Below, in pieces: positions 46,620-57,000 of a stretch of DNA of 64,000 bases. This stretch comes from an uncultured Gammaproteobacteria bacterium (lineage in GTDB: Bacteria; Patescibacteriota; Microgenomatia; Daviesbacterales; UBA10151). Each line of letters starts with the position of its first letter. Position 1 is the first letter of the stretch. The DNA lies in contig CAZKCV010000004.1 in NCBI GenBank assembly GCA_964551605.1, positions 7,331 to 71,330 on the forward strand, read 5' to 3'. The translations under genes and the position numbers were made by a program. The notes under the pieces were generated by a model that made no database searches, was not told the DNA's origin, and was given only the letters and a program-made list of their open reading frames with translations.

Positions 46620-47174
46620 TTAAAATCTGGTTAAGGTAATTTTCTTTTGACCTAGAGGTGGATAAAAATTAAGTGATTCAAGTTTTAAAGTTTTACCGGT
46701 TAGCTTCTCCTGAAAATATTTTAAAATTTCGGTTGGATATCTATTATCCTGATTTTTAATGTAGCATAAAGCTAAATGAGGATCAAAAGGCAAAGATTCA
46801 GAAACAATCTCATTATTTTGTCTGACCCAGGAGTCAAACAAGAGAATATTCTGATCTATCTCCGGAATGGCAACAACAATATAATATTCCCCCTTGTATC
46901 CTAAATTGATTTGTATATTTTTAATTTTAATATTTTGTTGCCAGTTTAATTTTAACTTTGCAGCTTTAAATCTTTTTTCCAGGTCCAGATTTTTAATTCC
47001 GTAACAAATTGTCAAATGGCCTTTCAGGCTAACATTTCCATTAATATAAGTGTAGCCAGGATCGAATGATTGAAAATAATCTTTTCCCGGAATCTTCTGG
47101 GAGATGATGTCAAAAAGCATCTGCCTACTGGTACCGGAAAGGTCAATAACAACATAACCTAAATCATTACTCAT
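46620..47174 (-). CDS. 2H phosphoesterase family protein (LigT/ThpR-like)
   Basis: Two H-x-T/S-x motifs (GHLTI and PHLAL) at typical spacing; 184 aa. Confidence 0.5.
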   Translation of the reverse strand: MSNDLGYVVIDLSGTSRQMLFDIISQKIPGKDYFQSFDPGYTYINGNVSLKGHLTICYGIKNLDLEKRFKAAKLKLNWQQNIKIKNIQINLGYKGEYYIVVAIPEIDQNILLFDSWVRQNNEIVSESLPFDPHLALCYIKNQDNRYPTEILKYFQEKLTGKTLKLESLNFYPPLGQKKITLTRF

Positions 47175-47196
47175 ATATATAAGGATACTAGCATAA

Positions 47197-47814
47197 TTGC
47201 TTTGTATCTGGGTACCTATCAGAAAATTATATTCAGTGGGATTGACAACTGTACAAGGTTTTATTCCTTTTCACCCTTTGATGGACGAAGCGGAGTTAAG
47301 TGAAAATTTGAAATTTATCGAAAGACATCCCGAAGATATTACCCCTTCTCTTGATAATCCTTTAGGATTCTTAAGAGTTAACCCACGTACCGCGTATCTT
47401 GGTCATGTTTTAAAACAGCAAGAAGAGCGACATGTCCGTTTGATTAAAGAGTTCGATCCAAATACTCTAAGTTATCACTGTGGTTATCTTGATCCAAAGT
47501 TAGGTCTTCTAGCAAGTTTTTTATATTCGCTTAAGGCTCTTACACGATCGGAAATAAAACACATTCAATGGGATGACGACATAAACAGTCGACTTATTCG
47601 TATGAGATATATTAATTTTGATTTGCTTAGCTCCTCTTATCGGTATTTTACTGAATCAACATCTACTCATTCACTAGAAATACAACTTGTAACAGACCTT
47701 CTTCCTTGGTATCACAAAACTGTTGCTAAGGTTGGATTAGACGGAGTTGGAGAAGATTTTGAAGATCGCTTCGCTCATGAATTCGAGAGAAATAAATCAA
47801 TCCTCCTTGTTTAA
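47197..47814 (+). CDS. Hypothetical protein
   Basis: 205-aa ORF with no motif recognised. Confidence 0.25.
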   Translation: MLCIWVPIRKLYSVGLTTVQGFIPFHPLMDEAELSENLKFIERHPEDITPSLDNPLGFLRVNPRTAYLGHVLKQQEERHVRLIKEFDPNTLSYHCGYLDPKLGLLASFLYSLKALTRSEIKHIQWDDDINSRLIRMRYINFDLLSSSYRYFTESTSTHSLEIQLVTDLLPWYHKTVAKVGLDGVGEDFEDRFAHEFERNKSILLV

Positions 47815-47858
47815 CAACCTAATGTGCAAGAACTGGGATTATATGGTAAATTTAGGCA

Positions 47859-48806
47859 ATGGAATTTGAGGAATTTAGAAAAAGCGTCACTTTGCAGATT
47901 GAAAAGCAGTTAAAGAAGCTACTGAGAGACTGGAGGAGCGAGGTGGAAAAAATTGACACTAAGCTTTTGCCACTGGTAGATAAATTTATCGCCGGTTGTC
48001 AGGGAGGGAAGATGATCAGAGGTATATTGGTGGTGCTGGGGAATGAGATTGCGAGGGGTGGAGATCACCTCGGAGGAGTCATGGCTTCGCAAGCTCAGCC
48101 TGCCACCATCCGAGGAGATCTTGATAGGGAGATTTTTAAAGTTGCAGCGACTTATGAAATAATGCACAGCGCGATTTTGGCTCATGATGATATCATAGAC
48201 CAAAGCCCGGAAAGGCGGGGCCAGTCTTCTTTATTTAAAGCTATTGGCCAGGGTCATTATGGAATATCCCAGGCGATCAGTTTAGGGGACGCCGGTTTTT
48301 TCCTGGCAATGAAGATTATTTCTGGAGCTAATTTTCCCAAAGAAAGAAAAATTCCCGCCCTGAAACTGCTTTCTACAGTAATGTTGGATACAGCTTTGGG
48401 GGAAATATTGGATTTAGAGAAAGTTGATCCGTTGGTTGTGACAAAGCTTAAAACGGCGTACTATACGATCTCCGGGCCGCTGCAGTTGGGAGCAATTTTA
48501 GGGGGGGCCGAATCTCACCTCGGAGGAGTCAAAGCCCACCTAATACGTGCTCAAAGAGAGCAACGAGGTGTAAAACTACTTAACAATTTGGCAAAATTTG
48601 GAGAGGGCTTAGGGATTGCTTTTCAGATCCAGGATGATATTTTGGATTCTGAAGTAGATTTTTGGGGAGGGGCTGATAAGGCTAAAAAGGAAGCGGATAA
48701 GTTTAAAAATAAAGCATTGAAGATATTGCCGGAGATTACCAAAGATCCCCAAATGAGTAAATTGTTGGAACAGTTATCGAAATACTTAATCGAAAGAACA
48801 GAATGA
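47859..48806 (+). CDS. Polyprenyl diphosphate synthase (trans-isoprenyl diphosphate synthase)
   Basis: DDxxD motifs (AHDDIID and QIQDDILD). Carries two degenerate family-C-derived in-frame inserts (48066-48125 and 48514-48567). Confidence 0.8.
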   Translation: MEFEEFRKSVTLQIEKQLKKLLRDWRSEVEKIDTKLLPLVDKFIAGCQGGKMIRGILVVLGNEIARGGDHLGGVMASQAQPATIRGDLDREIFKVAATYEIMHSAILAHDDIIDQSPERRGQSSLFKAIGQGHYGISQAISLGDAGFFLAMKIISGANFPKERKIPALKLLSTVMLDTALGEILDLEKVDPLVVTKLKTAYYTISGPLQLGAILGGAESHLGGVKAHLIRAQREQRGVKLLNNLAKFGEGLGIAFQIQDDILDSEVDFWGGADKAKKEADKFKNKALKILPEITKDPQMSKLLEQLSKYLIERTE

Positions 48807-49492
48807 AAAATATTCCACAACATATTGCCATAATTATGGACGGAAACCGCCGTTGGGCCCGGTCAAAGGGTCTGCCGGATATTAGGGGCCACGAGAAGGG
48901 CACGGATATTCTGGAAGAGGTGGTGGAAGCTGCAGAGGGTTTAGGAGTAAAAGCCATCACAGTTTATGCTTTGTCTACAGAAAACATTAAAGAGCGGGCT
49001 AAAAGGGAGGTCTTGGGGCTGTTTAACCTGATCAGGAGGGGTTATCATATAAAGCTTAAGAAGATGATGCAAAGAGGGGTACGGATCAGTATTTTAGGGG
49101 AAATGCAGGGCCTGCCGGGAACCATAAAAAGACTGATTGAGCAGGTGAAAAAAACCTATATCAAAAATGAATCCATCAAGCTCAATATAGCCTTAAATTA
49201 TGGCGGGAAAAGAGAGCTGGTAGAGGCTGTAAAAGATCTGATTAAAGAAGGAATTGATGTAAGTAAATTAAATGAGAAAACAATAGAAAAATATCTTTAT
49301 ACTAATGGCCAGCCTGATCCGGAGCTGGTGATCAGAACCGGCGGCAGGTCCAGGTTATCTAACTTCCTGCTTTGGCAAACAGCTTATTCGGAATTTTATT
49401 TTACTAAAACATTATGGCCGGATTTTGATAAAAAGGAATTTAAAAAAGCTTTAGCCTGGTACCAGGAGCAGAAAAGAAATTTTGGTAAGTAG
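48803..49492 (+). CDS. uppS: Undecaprenyl diphosphate synthase (cis-prenyltransferase)
   Basis: HIAIIMDGNRRWA, E..YALSTEN and RTGG..RLS motifs; 229 aa. Confidence 0.85.
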   Translation: MKNIPQHIAIIMDGNRRWARSKGLPDIRGHEKGTDILEEVVEAAEGLGVKAITVYALSTENIKERAKREVLGLFNLIRRGYHIKLKKMMQRGVRISILGEMQGLPGTIKRLIEQVKKTYIKNESIKLNIALNYGGKRELVEAVKDLIKEGIDVSKLNEKTIEKYLYTNGQPDPELVIRTGGRSRLSNFLLWQTAYSEFYFTKTLWPDFDKKEFKKALAWYQEQKRNFGK

Positions 49493-49493
49493 C

Positions 49494-50294
49494 TTACTGA
49501 ACCTCTGACCAACGTTGAAGGGTATCGGCAAATAAATCCCTTAAAATCACCACATATTTCGGCTGGTGGACTATCTTTTCCGCAGCCACTGTATTATCAG
49601 TCAGGCTGCGGCAGAAAACTATTTTACCCGGGCTTAGACTGATTAAACTGCCATAAATAGTTAAAGTGTTGGCTACAGTGGAATTAGTAGTACAAGGATA
49701 ACCGGCAGTATAAATTTTATCTGAAGAAATGATCACCGAATATATTTGAGTCACAGTTTGAGTGATACTAACGTAGCCCTTAACGACAAAGACTATGCCG
49801 GAGCTTGCGTCTCCGAAATTACTGTTAAAGGTTAAATCTCCGTCTACAAAGATAACAGCAGCGGTTTTGGAGGGCCCACCTAGAGGGGAATTAATATCTA
49901 CATTTCCATTAACTAATACAATGTCATAACTGTTTAATAGGGACCTTAAAGTGCCTTGGTTGGCGGTGGCAGTTGATGTTTTAGCGGCTTTAGATTGGGT
50001 GTAATAGAGTGATTTTAGATCTTCATAAGTAGGGATTTTATAGGAGACAAAAGCAGCTTTTAAGTCAATCACGCAATTACCGGTGGTATTGCTGAATTTA
50101 GTAGAAACTGTCGGAGCACTAATTAAGCCGCCGGCCCGGGGATTGGTGGATTGGGTTGGGCAGGCATTTTGGGCATAAACGGTTGGTAGTATAAATAAAG
50201 CTACGACAATCAAATAAGCTGCCAAAATAACTGTACCCTGTAACCTAAGACCTTTAGGTCGCAAGCTTCGCTTATACCCTGTACCCTTTATCAT
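49494..50294 (-). CDS. Secreted/membrane-anchored hypothetical protein
   Basis: N-terminal hydrophobic segment after the family-B-encoded KRSLRPKGLRL; Thr/Ser/Asn-rich body. Confidence 0.4.
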   Translation of the reverse strand: MIKGTGYKRSLRPKGLRLQGTVILAAYLIVVALFILPTVYAQNACPTQSTNPRAGGLISAPTVSTKFSNTTGNCVIDLKAAFVSYKIPTYEDLKSLYYTQSKAAKTSTATANQGTLRSLLNSYDIVLVNGNVDINSPLGGPSKTAAVIFVDGDLTFNSNFGDASSGIVFVVKGYVSITQTVTQIYSVIISSDKIYTAGYPCTTNSTVANTLTIYGSLISLSPGKIVFCRSLTDNTVAAEKIVHQPKYVVILRDLFADTLQRWSEVQ

Positions 50295-51898
50295 TATGGT
50301 CCTCCCGGAGCCTGGATAGCTTTATTGGAGTGGACATCACCGCCCTCTGTTTGTACCCAAGGGGTGATGCAGGCCCTGAGGTTACAAGTTTGGGTTTCTC
50401 TCAAACCCCTGGTGCCGTCTGCTTTCAGGCACTGCAGCCCGCCGTAGGCCGGAACCGGACTAATGCAATTTCTGGTTTTGAAGCCAGGCCCGCAGGTTTC
50501 AGTACACATAGAATTCCAAACCGGCCCGTCCGGAAAGTCCCAGCCGCCATCAACAGGGCAACGCGGAATGTTACAAGTCACAGTCTGGGAAGAAGGGCCG
50601 GAACAGGGGGCGCCGTTGTTTGAAGGCGGAGTGCAGGTTCTGGTCCTGGTGGTTGTATCGGAACCGTCCCCGCAGGCCGGACAGGCACTCCAGGGGCTCC
50701 AGGCAGACCAGACACCATCCGTAGGACACAGCGGGAGTTTGATAATAGATACTGCGCTATGCCAGCCAAAATTGCCGTTAAACCAGTATGTGCTCCAGTT
50801 GGAGGAAGCATCATAGCCGAATAAACGGACGTAATAAGTATGGTCGGGTTGAATAGTCAGGGGGCCGGAAACTCCTGAGGCGCCATTAAAGCCGATAGGG
50901 GCATCCGTGTAAGTAGCGCCCGCAGGAACTCCTTTATTATAAAAAGTGGCAAAGTTAGGGTCTTCGCTGATATCCACCCAGTTGATTTGGCGTGCCGGAT
51001 TGGAGGTGGGGAAATAGATCCTGGCCAGGACAGAATTAGTGGCATTTGAAGTTAAGCAGGTGCCATAGTTAGTCAGAGTGTAATCATACTGGATATTCGG
51101 CGCCGGCATTTGGTATCTAAACCCGGAGGCGCAGGTATTGGCAAGCTCTGTTTCTACACTTTGGTTGTTCCAGTTAGTAGTCCTTTGTATAAGGCTATAT
51201 TTAGTGCCAATGGTATAGTAAGGGTTATTAAAGGCAATACTTTGGCTTGAGTATCCAGTTGACCAATTCCGGGTACATAATCCTGAGGATCCCCATCGGG
51301 TATCACAGACTGTCCAGTCCCAGTTGTTCCAGTTATCATGAGCCTTGACATAGAAGTTAGTTACTGTCCAGGGATAAACCCAATCATAAAGATTGATTGT
51401 GCAACGGTTATCCCACCAGTTCATCCAGCAGTACCCGCTGCTGGACCAGATATAGGCTTTATTCCAAGTGTAAGCGCCGCATTGGGGAGGGGCCGGAGGA
51501 GGCTGCGGAGGGTTATTCAGGGTAATATTAATGGAGGAACAACTACCGGTGTTGCCGGCGGCATTAGGCGAGACAATAGTGGCGGTTATATGATGAGGAG
51601 GAGTACCGGTAGATTGTCCGGTTGTATTCCAAGTTACACTGGGCTTGATAGCAGGTACAGTGTCCCCCGGGGCGGGCCAAATCCTGGTATTATCAACTAA
51701 AATAGCGGTTACTCCTTGAGTATTAGTGGTATCCACCGTAATAATAATTGATTCACCGATAGTGGCACTTGTTTTGGCAGTGATATTACAGGTGGGGGTA
51801 CTAAAGTCAGTATTCCAGTCAGCCAGGGCCGGGGAGATAAAGTATAGAGTATAAAGTATAAAGTATAGTGGGAAATAAAGCAGCAGGCGGCAGGGCAT
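50294..51898 (-). CDS. Secreted Trp/Cys-rich protein with two thrombospondin type-1-like repeats
   Basis: Signal-peptide-like N-terminus; WSAWSPWSACPACGDGSDTTTRTRTC and a second CxxTCGPG..R.C repeat; GC-rich relative to its surroundings. Confidence 0.5.
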   Translation of the reverse strand: MPCRLLLYFPLYFILYTLYFISPALADWNTDFSTPTCNITAKTSATIGESIIITVDTTNTQGVTAILVDNTRIWPAPGDTVPAIKPSVTWNTTGQSTGTPPHHITATIVSPNAAGNTGSCSSINITLNNPPQPPPAPPQCGAYTWNKAYIWSSSGYCWMNWWDNRCTINLYDWVYPWTVTNFYVKAHDNWNNWDWTVCDTRWGSSGLCTRNWSTGYSSQSIAFNNPYYTIGTKYSLIQRTTNWNNQSVETELANTCASGFRYQMPAPNIQYDYTLTNYGTCLTSNATNSVLARIYFPTSNPARQINWVDISEDPNFATFYNKGVPAGATYTDAPIGFNGASGVSGPLTIQPDHTYYVRLFGYDASSNWSTYWFNGNFGWHSAVSIIKLPLCPTDGVWSAWSPWSACPACGDGSDTTTRTRTCTPPSNNGAPCSGPSSQTVTCNIPRCPVDGGWDFPDGPVWNSMCTETCGPGFKTRNCISPVPAYGGLQCLKADGTRGLRETQTCNLRACITPWVQTEGGDVHSNKAIQAPGGP

Positions 51899-51958
51899 GA
51901 CTTATTATTGGCATATTAGAAAATGTTTTGCAAGGCGACAAGGTGGTATAATAAATTT

Positions 51959-52255
51959 ATGACACAATCACAAAAACGTCTGGAAAAAATCAAAACCAAA
52001 ATCCTTCCCATACTCAAACAGGCAGGAGTTAAAAGAAGCAGCCTGTTTGGTTCTTATGTCAGGGGAGAGGAAACAAAAGATAGTGATATTGATATTTTAG
52101 TAGAACTTCCTAAAGGAAAAAGTCTGTTTGATTTTGTAGACTTACAATTAAAATTAGAGGAAATGTTAAACAGGAAGGTTGATTTGGTGGAATACTCCAC
52201 AATTAAACCCCGCCTCAAACCTTATATTTTGGATAACCAGCTGCAGATCCTATGA
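51959..52255 (+). CDS. Nucleotidyltransferase antitoxin (MNT family)
   Basis: GSYVRGEETKDSDIDILV minimal nucleotidyltransferase motif. Confidence 0.65.
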   Translation: MTQSQKRLEKIKTKILPILKQAGVKRSSLFGSYVRGEETKDSDIDILVELPKGKSLFDFVDLQLKLEEMLNRKVDLVEYSTIKPRLKPYILDNQLQIL

Positions 52256-52608
52256 AAAAGCGGGATATTGGTGTTTTTCTTGAGGATATTTTAGAGAGCA
52301 TTGACAGGATAGAAGAATACACCAAAGATATCCCGGAAGAAGGATTTTACAGTACAGTTTCACTCCAAGATGCAGTCATCAGACGCTTTGAGATTATCGG
52401 AGAGGCAGTTAAACATATTCCCCAGAAAGTGAAGGACAAATACTCAGAGGTTCCATGGAAAGAAATCTCAGGCACCAGAGATATATTAATTCATGAATAT
52501 TTTGGAGTAAATTTAGAAAGAATCTGGAAAACCATCCAAAAAGATGTCCTGCCCTTTAAAAAGCAACTTCAACAGATGCTCCGCGATATTGATGAACAGG
52601 CTTCGTAA
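52252..52608 (+). CDS. HepT-like (DUF86) toxin
   Basis: R-x4-HxY-like RDILIHEYF motif; overlaps the MNT gene by 4 nt. Confidence 0.65.
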   Translation: MKKRDIGVFLEDILESIDRIEEYTKDIPEEGFYSTVSLQDAVIRRFEIIGEAVKHIPQKVKDKYSEVPWKEISGTRDILIHEYFGVNLERIWKTIQKDVLPFKKQLQQMLRDIDEQAS

Positions 52609-52777
52609 TTAATCTGTTAAGCTACATTTTGATCTATATTATATTTGGATCTATTTTCAGGATGGCAGATGCGATAGTGGGGAAGTGGTATAATTAGATT
52701 TGATTGACAAAGTTGCTTTTTCATGCATATAGTGGTACTATAGGATCATAAACTTTAGCTTTGAGCAGAGGCTAACT

Positions 52778-54370
52778 ATGAATACCATTGAAATGGATGG
52801 GGTAAAGGTTGAGAATCCATCAAGCTTAAATCCGTCCGACGGGCAACCGCCTGATTCCTCCGTGGTGTCACAACATCATCGACGGTCTCACCCTTGGGCT
52901 AAGAGACTGATACGGTGGGGTTTAGGGCTACTGACAGTGGCAGCCCCGGCAGCAGATACCGGTGTCAATATCTCTAAAACTGCAGCACAAGAATTTTCCC
53001 AGCCGCAGCCAGCCCCAACCCTGGAACTAAAGGCCTCCCCTCACGGCTCTATTGCTGAAGACATAGAAGCTGTTAAATCCCTGCAATATTCCAAGCCAGC
53101 CGAGCCTGCTTCTCAGGTTAAGATAGAAGCTTCAGGCTCCTTGACTGATACATTGAAAGCGCCATTGGTAGTGAGCAGGGAGTGGGTAGAAAGGAACCCC
53201 CAAAATATAGTGGCAGAAGTAGATGTAACGGATAATAACGGCGATTTAACTAAGCAGTTTACAGTGCTTGGTAGTAGTGTTCCCTATGAAACACATTTAG
53301 ACGGAAATGTTTTTACTGAGCGCAGAGCCCTGACTAAAATCCCCATGGGAAATGTTCAATCGCTTGGTGTGACTACAGACGGACAGACTTTAATAGCAGG
53401 CGGGACAGTAGCAAGAGACAATAATGCTGCTGGGATGGTTTTCCTGTCTTCTGACCAGGGGCAAACTTGGGTAGACAAGTCTTCAAAGTTCAATAATCTG
53501 GAAGGATTTACCAATCAGGTAAGGACTGCCGGGAATACTTTTATGGCAAATAATGCTAGATTTGAAGCTGGTTCTAATCAATTCCTTTATGACGTGGTAA
53601 ACGGGGATATAGTGAATGTGCGGGATATTACCTATCAAGACCAAAATGGTAACCCTGTGGCAGTAGGTTATGCAGGGGCTATGGGTAAGATGTCAGTGGA
53701 TAATGGTATTGCCACCATAGTTACGAATGGCTCTAATTTACTGGAGGATGGCTTGCTGGTATTAAGAGTAGATACTAATGCCGGATCTGGTACTGTACAA
53801 CACATCACACAAGTGAGGGTTGGTAATACATTGACTAACTTGGGCTACCTTTACGGTAAAGCTTTTTATACGGATCCAGCTGGTGACCCTCATGTTAAGG
53901 CTTTTAATTTTACGAGAAGGATAGTTTTTGATATAAATCTGAGAACGCTGAACGCTACAGAAACCAATGTGGCGGGCGTATTAAATGGTAAAGGTATCAA
54001 AGACTACCAGCTCAATACCTTTTATGCAAATGATCTCCGCGTTGATATAGATGCCCAACGTAATATTAGAACTCGTGTTGCAGGGGCTTACAGTACTACC
54101 AATGGTGACGCGCGGGCAGCCGTGGTAACTTTGGAAACAGGAGATGGGTTTAGCGATTTATTCCCAGCAACAAGATCTATTATAGGTGAAGGTGGCATGC
54201 AATTAAAACGGATCAATGGTCAACTGGTGGAGGACTTTACAATTATAGGAAGAGGTAAGGCTATCCTGCTTCCGGACGGGCAACTATTATTTACAGATGG
54301 CGGTTTTCCGGGCCAAATTACGGCCAGAGCTTATTTACCTCTAGTCACTAAATCTTCCTCGGGTTGGTAG
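52778..54370 (+). CDS. Secreted hypothetical protein (Thr/Gly/Asn-rich)
   Basis: N-terminal TM/signal segment LGLLTVAAPAA; 530 aa. Confidence 0.4.
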   Translation: MNTIEMDGVKVENPSSLNPSDGQPPDSSVVSQHHRRSHPWAKRLIRWGLGLLTVAAPAADTGVNISKTAAQEFSQPQPAPTLELKASPHGSIAEDIEAVKSLQYSKPAEPASQVKIEASGSLTDTLKAPLVVSREWVERNPQNIVAEVDVTDNNGDLTKQFTVLGSSVPYETHLDGNVFTERRALTKIPMGNVQSLGVTTDGQTLIAGGTVARDNNAAGMVFLSSDQGQTWVDKSSKFNNLEGFTNQVRTAGNTFMANNARFEAGSNQFLYDVVNGDIVNVRDITYQDQNGNPVAVGYAGAMGKMSVDNGIATIVTNGSNLLEDGLLVLRVDTNAGSGTVQHITQVRVGNTLTNLGYLYGKAFYTDPAGDPHVKAFNFTRRIVFDINLRTLNATETNVAGVLNGKGIKDYQLNTFYANDLRVDIDAQRNIRTRVAGAYSTTNGDARAAVVTLETGDGFSDLFPATRSIIGEGGMQLKRINGQLVEDFTIIGRGKAILLPDGQLLFTDGGFPGQITARAYLPLVTKSSSGW

Positions 54371-56470
54371 TTATTTAACTGGTTCTCTTGGGATGCTCCG
54401 TTCGCCGCCGGTCCAATTGATATAGCTGTAAGTTCCCCACCTACGATTACCTAAGGCATTGTAAAGCGTTACGGAAAATTGAGGAGGCGTAGATGGTAAA
54501 CTGACCCCCCTGTCTCGCGCAAGTGCCGTTATACCAATGGATTGATTCTCATGAGCTATTGTCCTGGTAAAATTATGCCAACCATCCTTTAAATAGATGT
54601 AGTACGTGTCAAAGCAGAAATTATAACCATTGCAGCCTGACTGGTTAGAACCAGTTCCTGGTGTCGGTCCTCCGGCATAAGAAGTATTTTTGTTGGCATA
54701 GATAAGTACAAACCCATTTGTATTGTTATTGTAGTTTGAACTTCGCATTAGCTCTGAGAGGGTATTGTTATTAGGGGCGGGGGGTGAAACCTGGCTGGTA
54801 AAGGCGGCTCCGACTAGTTTTATATCGCTGCCATTTGTATTATCTACATTGGGGATGATGGTAATAGCATTATAGTAATTACTACCTCCTTGATTTGAGT
54901 CGGACCTTAAACCGCTAATAGTATAAGTCCCTGCTTCTTGTGAGCCGGTGGCCGAGTCAGGTTTGATTTGTAGGGTTCCTGGAGTTGGAGCGGTACAGGT
55001 AACGGATTTGGGAGAACCGGGGAGAAGAGTATGGGTGCCGGAACCAATGTTAATGCCATAGGCATAGATATTATGGGATCTGCCGTCCCTGAGGGAGTTG
55101 GCAGGAATAGTAAAGGAAAAGCCATGATTGGGGTTGCCGCCGCACTGGTTAGCTACTGCTGTTTCCCTGGGCAGATTGGCAGTGGCAGAGCCTAAGCCTG
55201 TGCCAGTGCCGGCCGGGCCATCCGCATAGAAATCTACCCTTAGGGAAGCATTGTAATTATCCCCGTCACAGGTCCAGCCGGTGATGGCCGCGCAAGTCCC
55301 GCCTTCCAGATTCCCCACCGGATTATAGGTGGCTTCCCCGTAAATCTGCAGGTTGGCCATATCTCCGGTTGCTGCATTGTAGCCGGAGGTGGGAGGATAA
55401 CCCGGGGGAGAATAATAAAAAGTATTAAAGTAGGCCCGGCCAGAAGTATAGGCATTCCGGGTATTGATGCCGTTGATAAAGACATTGCCCTTGCCGCAGA
55501 AAGGATTATCCAGCCTGACCTGGGAGCCGGAGGTATTAGTGCCATACAGGTCAATCTGGCGGGGTTCATTGGGCCGGTCGCAGTTATATCTGCCTTGTTC
55601 CCAGTAACCGCCTTCTTCAGAGCCTCTGTTTTGATCCAGATGGGATTGTTGGATGGAGAGGAAATGTTGCCCGGGTTGCAATTGATGATTGGGGATTGTG
55701 ACGGTTAAGTTGCCTCCGTCAAAAGTCCAATTGGGTCCGGTGTATTTTGAGGGCACGTCACCTTTGTAGTATTGGTCGGCTTGCACTGTATTATAGGAGG
55801 CGGGAGCAGGGGTCCAGTCAAAGGTAGACTCGCCAAAGATCACACCGCTGCCATATGGCACGCCCCACTGTGACCATTCATCCCGGAGACCCTGTTGATT
55901 ATCGGATAACATCTGATATGCCCTGGTCCATTCGGAGGCCCGGGGGCAGGGCCGCTGGGGATCATTAATGATCATTCTTCTTAAGAATAAAGCTTCAATG
56001 GAGTTCTGGTCCACTCCGCAAAGGCTGGCCAAATCATTGGCTAACTCACCACCGATAAAAATCCGTTCCTCCCTGGCTAACATCGGCCCGGTAGGAGAAA
56101 TAACCGTGGTCCGGCCTTCATAGCCAAACGGGCTGGATTGTCCTTCGGGAGAAGTAGCCACTTGAGTAGAAGCAGTTGGTTCTCCGGCAAATACAGCCAC
56201 AGAAACTATCCCACCGGTGTTGCCTCCGGCATGGCCCAGTTTAAAGTCGGTTAACCTGATCCGGTTGACTTTGACCACTCCCGAAGGGGCGGCAAAGCTT
56301 TGGCCGGCCAGGTGGTTATCGGTCCAGCCTGCCTCAGTAGTATTGCTGCCGGCCGGACCATTGCCCGGGAAAATTTCAATTTCAGCGGCTGAGGCCGGGG
56401 AGGGAAGAATAAGTAATATAAGTAATAAGAATAAACATGTAATGCTGAATAAAGCTTTAAGTTTGCTCAT
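54371..56470 (-). CDS. Large secreted hypothetical protein (Gly/Asn/Thr/Pro-rich)
   Basis: Signal peptide MSKLKALFSITCLFLLLILLILPSPASA; 699 aa. Confidence 0.4.
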   Translation of the reverse strand: MSKLKALFSITCLFLLLILLILPSPASAAEIEIFPGNGPAGSNTTEAGWTDNHLAGQSFAAPSGVVKVNRIRLTDFKLGHAGGNTGGIVSVAVFAGEPTASTQVATSPEGQSSPFGYEGRTTVISPTGPMLAREERIFIGGELANDLASLCGVDQNSIEALFLRRMIINDPQRPCPRASEWTRAYQMLSDNQQGLRDEWSQWGVPYGSGVIFGESTFDWTPAPASYNTVQADQYYKGDVPSKYTGPNWTFDGGNLTVTIPNHQLQPGQHFLSIQQSHLDQNRGSEEGGYWEQGRYNCDRPNEPRQIDLYGTNTSGSQVRLDNPFCGKGNVFINGINTRNAYTSGRAYFNTFYYSPPGYPPTSGYNAATGDMANLQIYGEATYNPVGNLEGGTCAAITGWTCDGDNYNASLRVDFYADGPAGTGTGLGSATANLPRETAVANQCGGNPNHGFSFTIPANSLRDGRSHNIYAYGINIGSGTHTLLPGSPKSVTCTAPTPGTLQIKPDSATGSQEAGTYTISGLRSDSNQGGSNYYNAITIIPNVDNTNGSDIKLVGAAFTSQVSPPAPNNNTLSELMRSSNYNNNTNGFVLIYANKNTSYAGGPTPGTGSNQSGCNGYNFCFDTYYIYLKDGWHNFTRTIAHENQSIGITALARDRGVSLPSTPPQFSVTLYNALGNRRWGTYSYINWTGGERSIPREPVK

Positions 56471-56473
56471 AGT

Positions 56474-56911
56474 TTATTTAATCTCCGGATCCAGAATCAC
56501 TATCAGGTTTGTTTCCAGAAGGCCTTCTGTATTTGCGGCAGCAGAAATTGATACAGAACTGCCTATTTGGGCAGAAGAGGAAGCCGGTACTGTGCCAATG
56601 GAATTGGGGCCGAAACGCTGCTGTTTTAAGATAGCGGCGCCGGTAGCAATCCGGATGTCTATTTCCTGGTCATCACTTACTTTTACGGTTAATACATTGT
56701 CTTCAATCCGGCTGATTTCACCTTCCACCAGTTCAGAGGTGGGTAGCTCTGTATCTTCCGGTGCAGCAGTTTCTTCAGTAATGTTACTTTTCTGTTGGGT
56801 TAAAAAGTAAGTAGCAGCCAAACCCAGACCTGAAAGCAGGATGGCAGTAATAATAATTAAGCTGATCCGGTTTAAGAAGATATTTTTTAATAGATTAAGT
56901 TTAGAATCCAT
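56474..56911 (-). CDS. Membrane-anchored hypothetical protein
   Basis: Start placed at the internal Met MDSKLN..; one TM helix. The track's TTG start at 57001 was rejected. Confidence 0.35.
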   Translation of the reverse strand: MDSKLNLLKNIFLNRISLIIITAILLSGLGLAATYFLTQQKSNITEETAAPEDTELPTSELVEGEISRIEDNVLTVKVSDDQEIDIRIATGAAILKQQRFGPNSIGTVPASSSAQIGSSVSISAAANTEGLLETNLIVILDPEIK

Positions 56912-57000
56912 AAATTTATTATGGCTTTTTTTATGCAGGATATGCAAGTGTCTCTTGGCAGTTTTTTTCACCTTAACTTTATAATACAATATCTGCCGCA

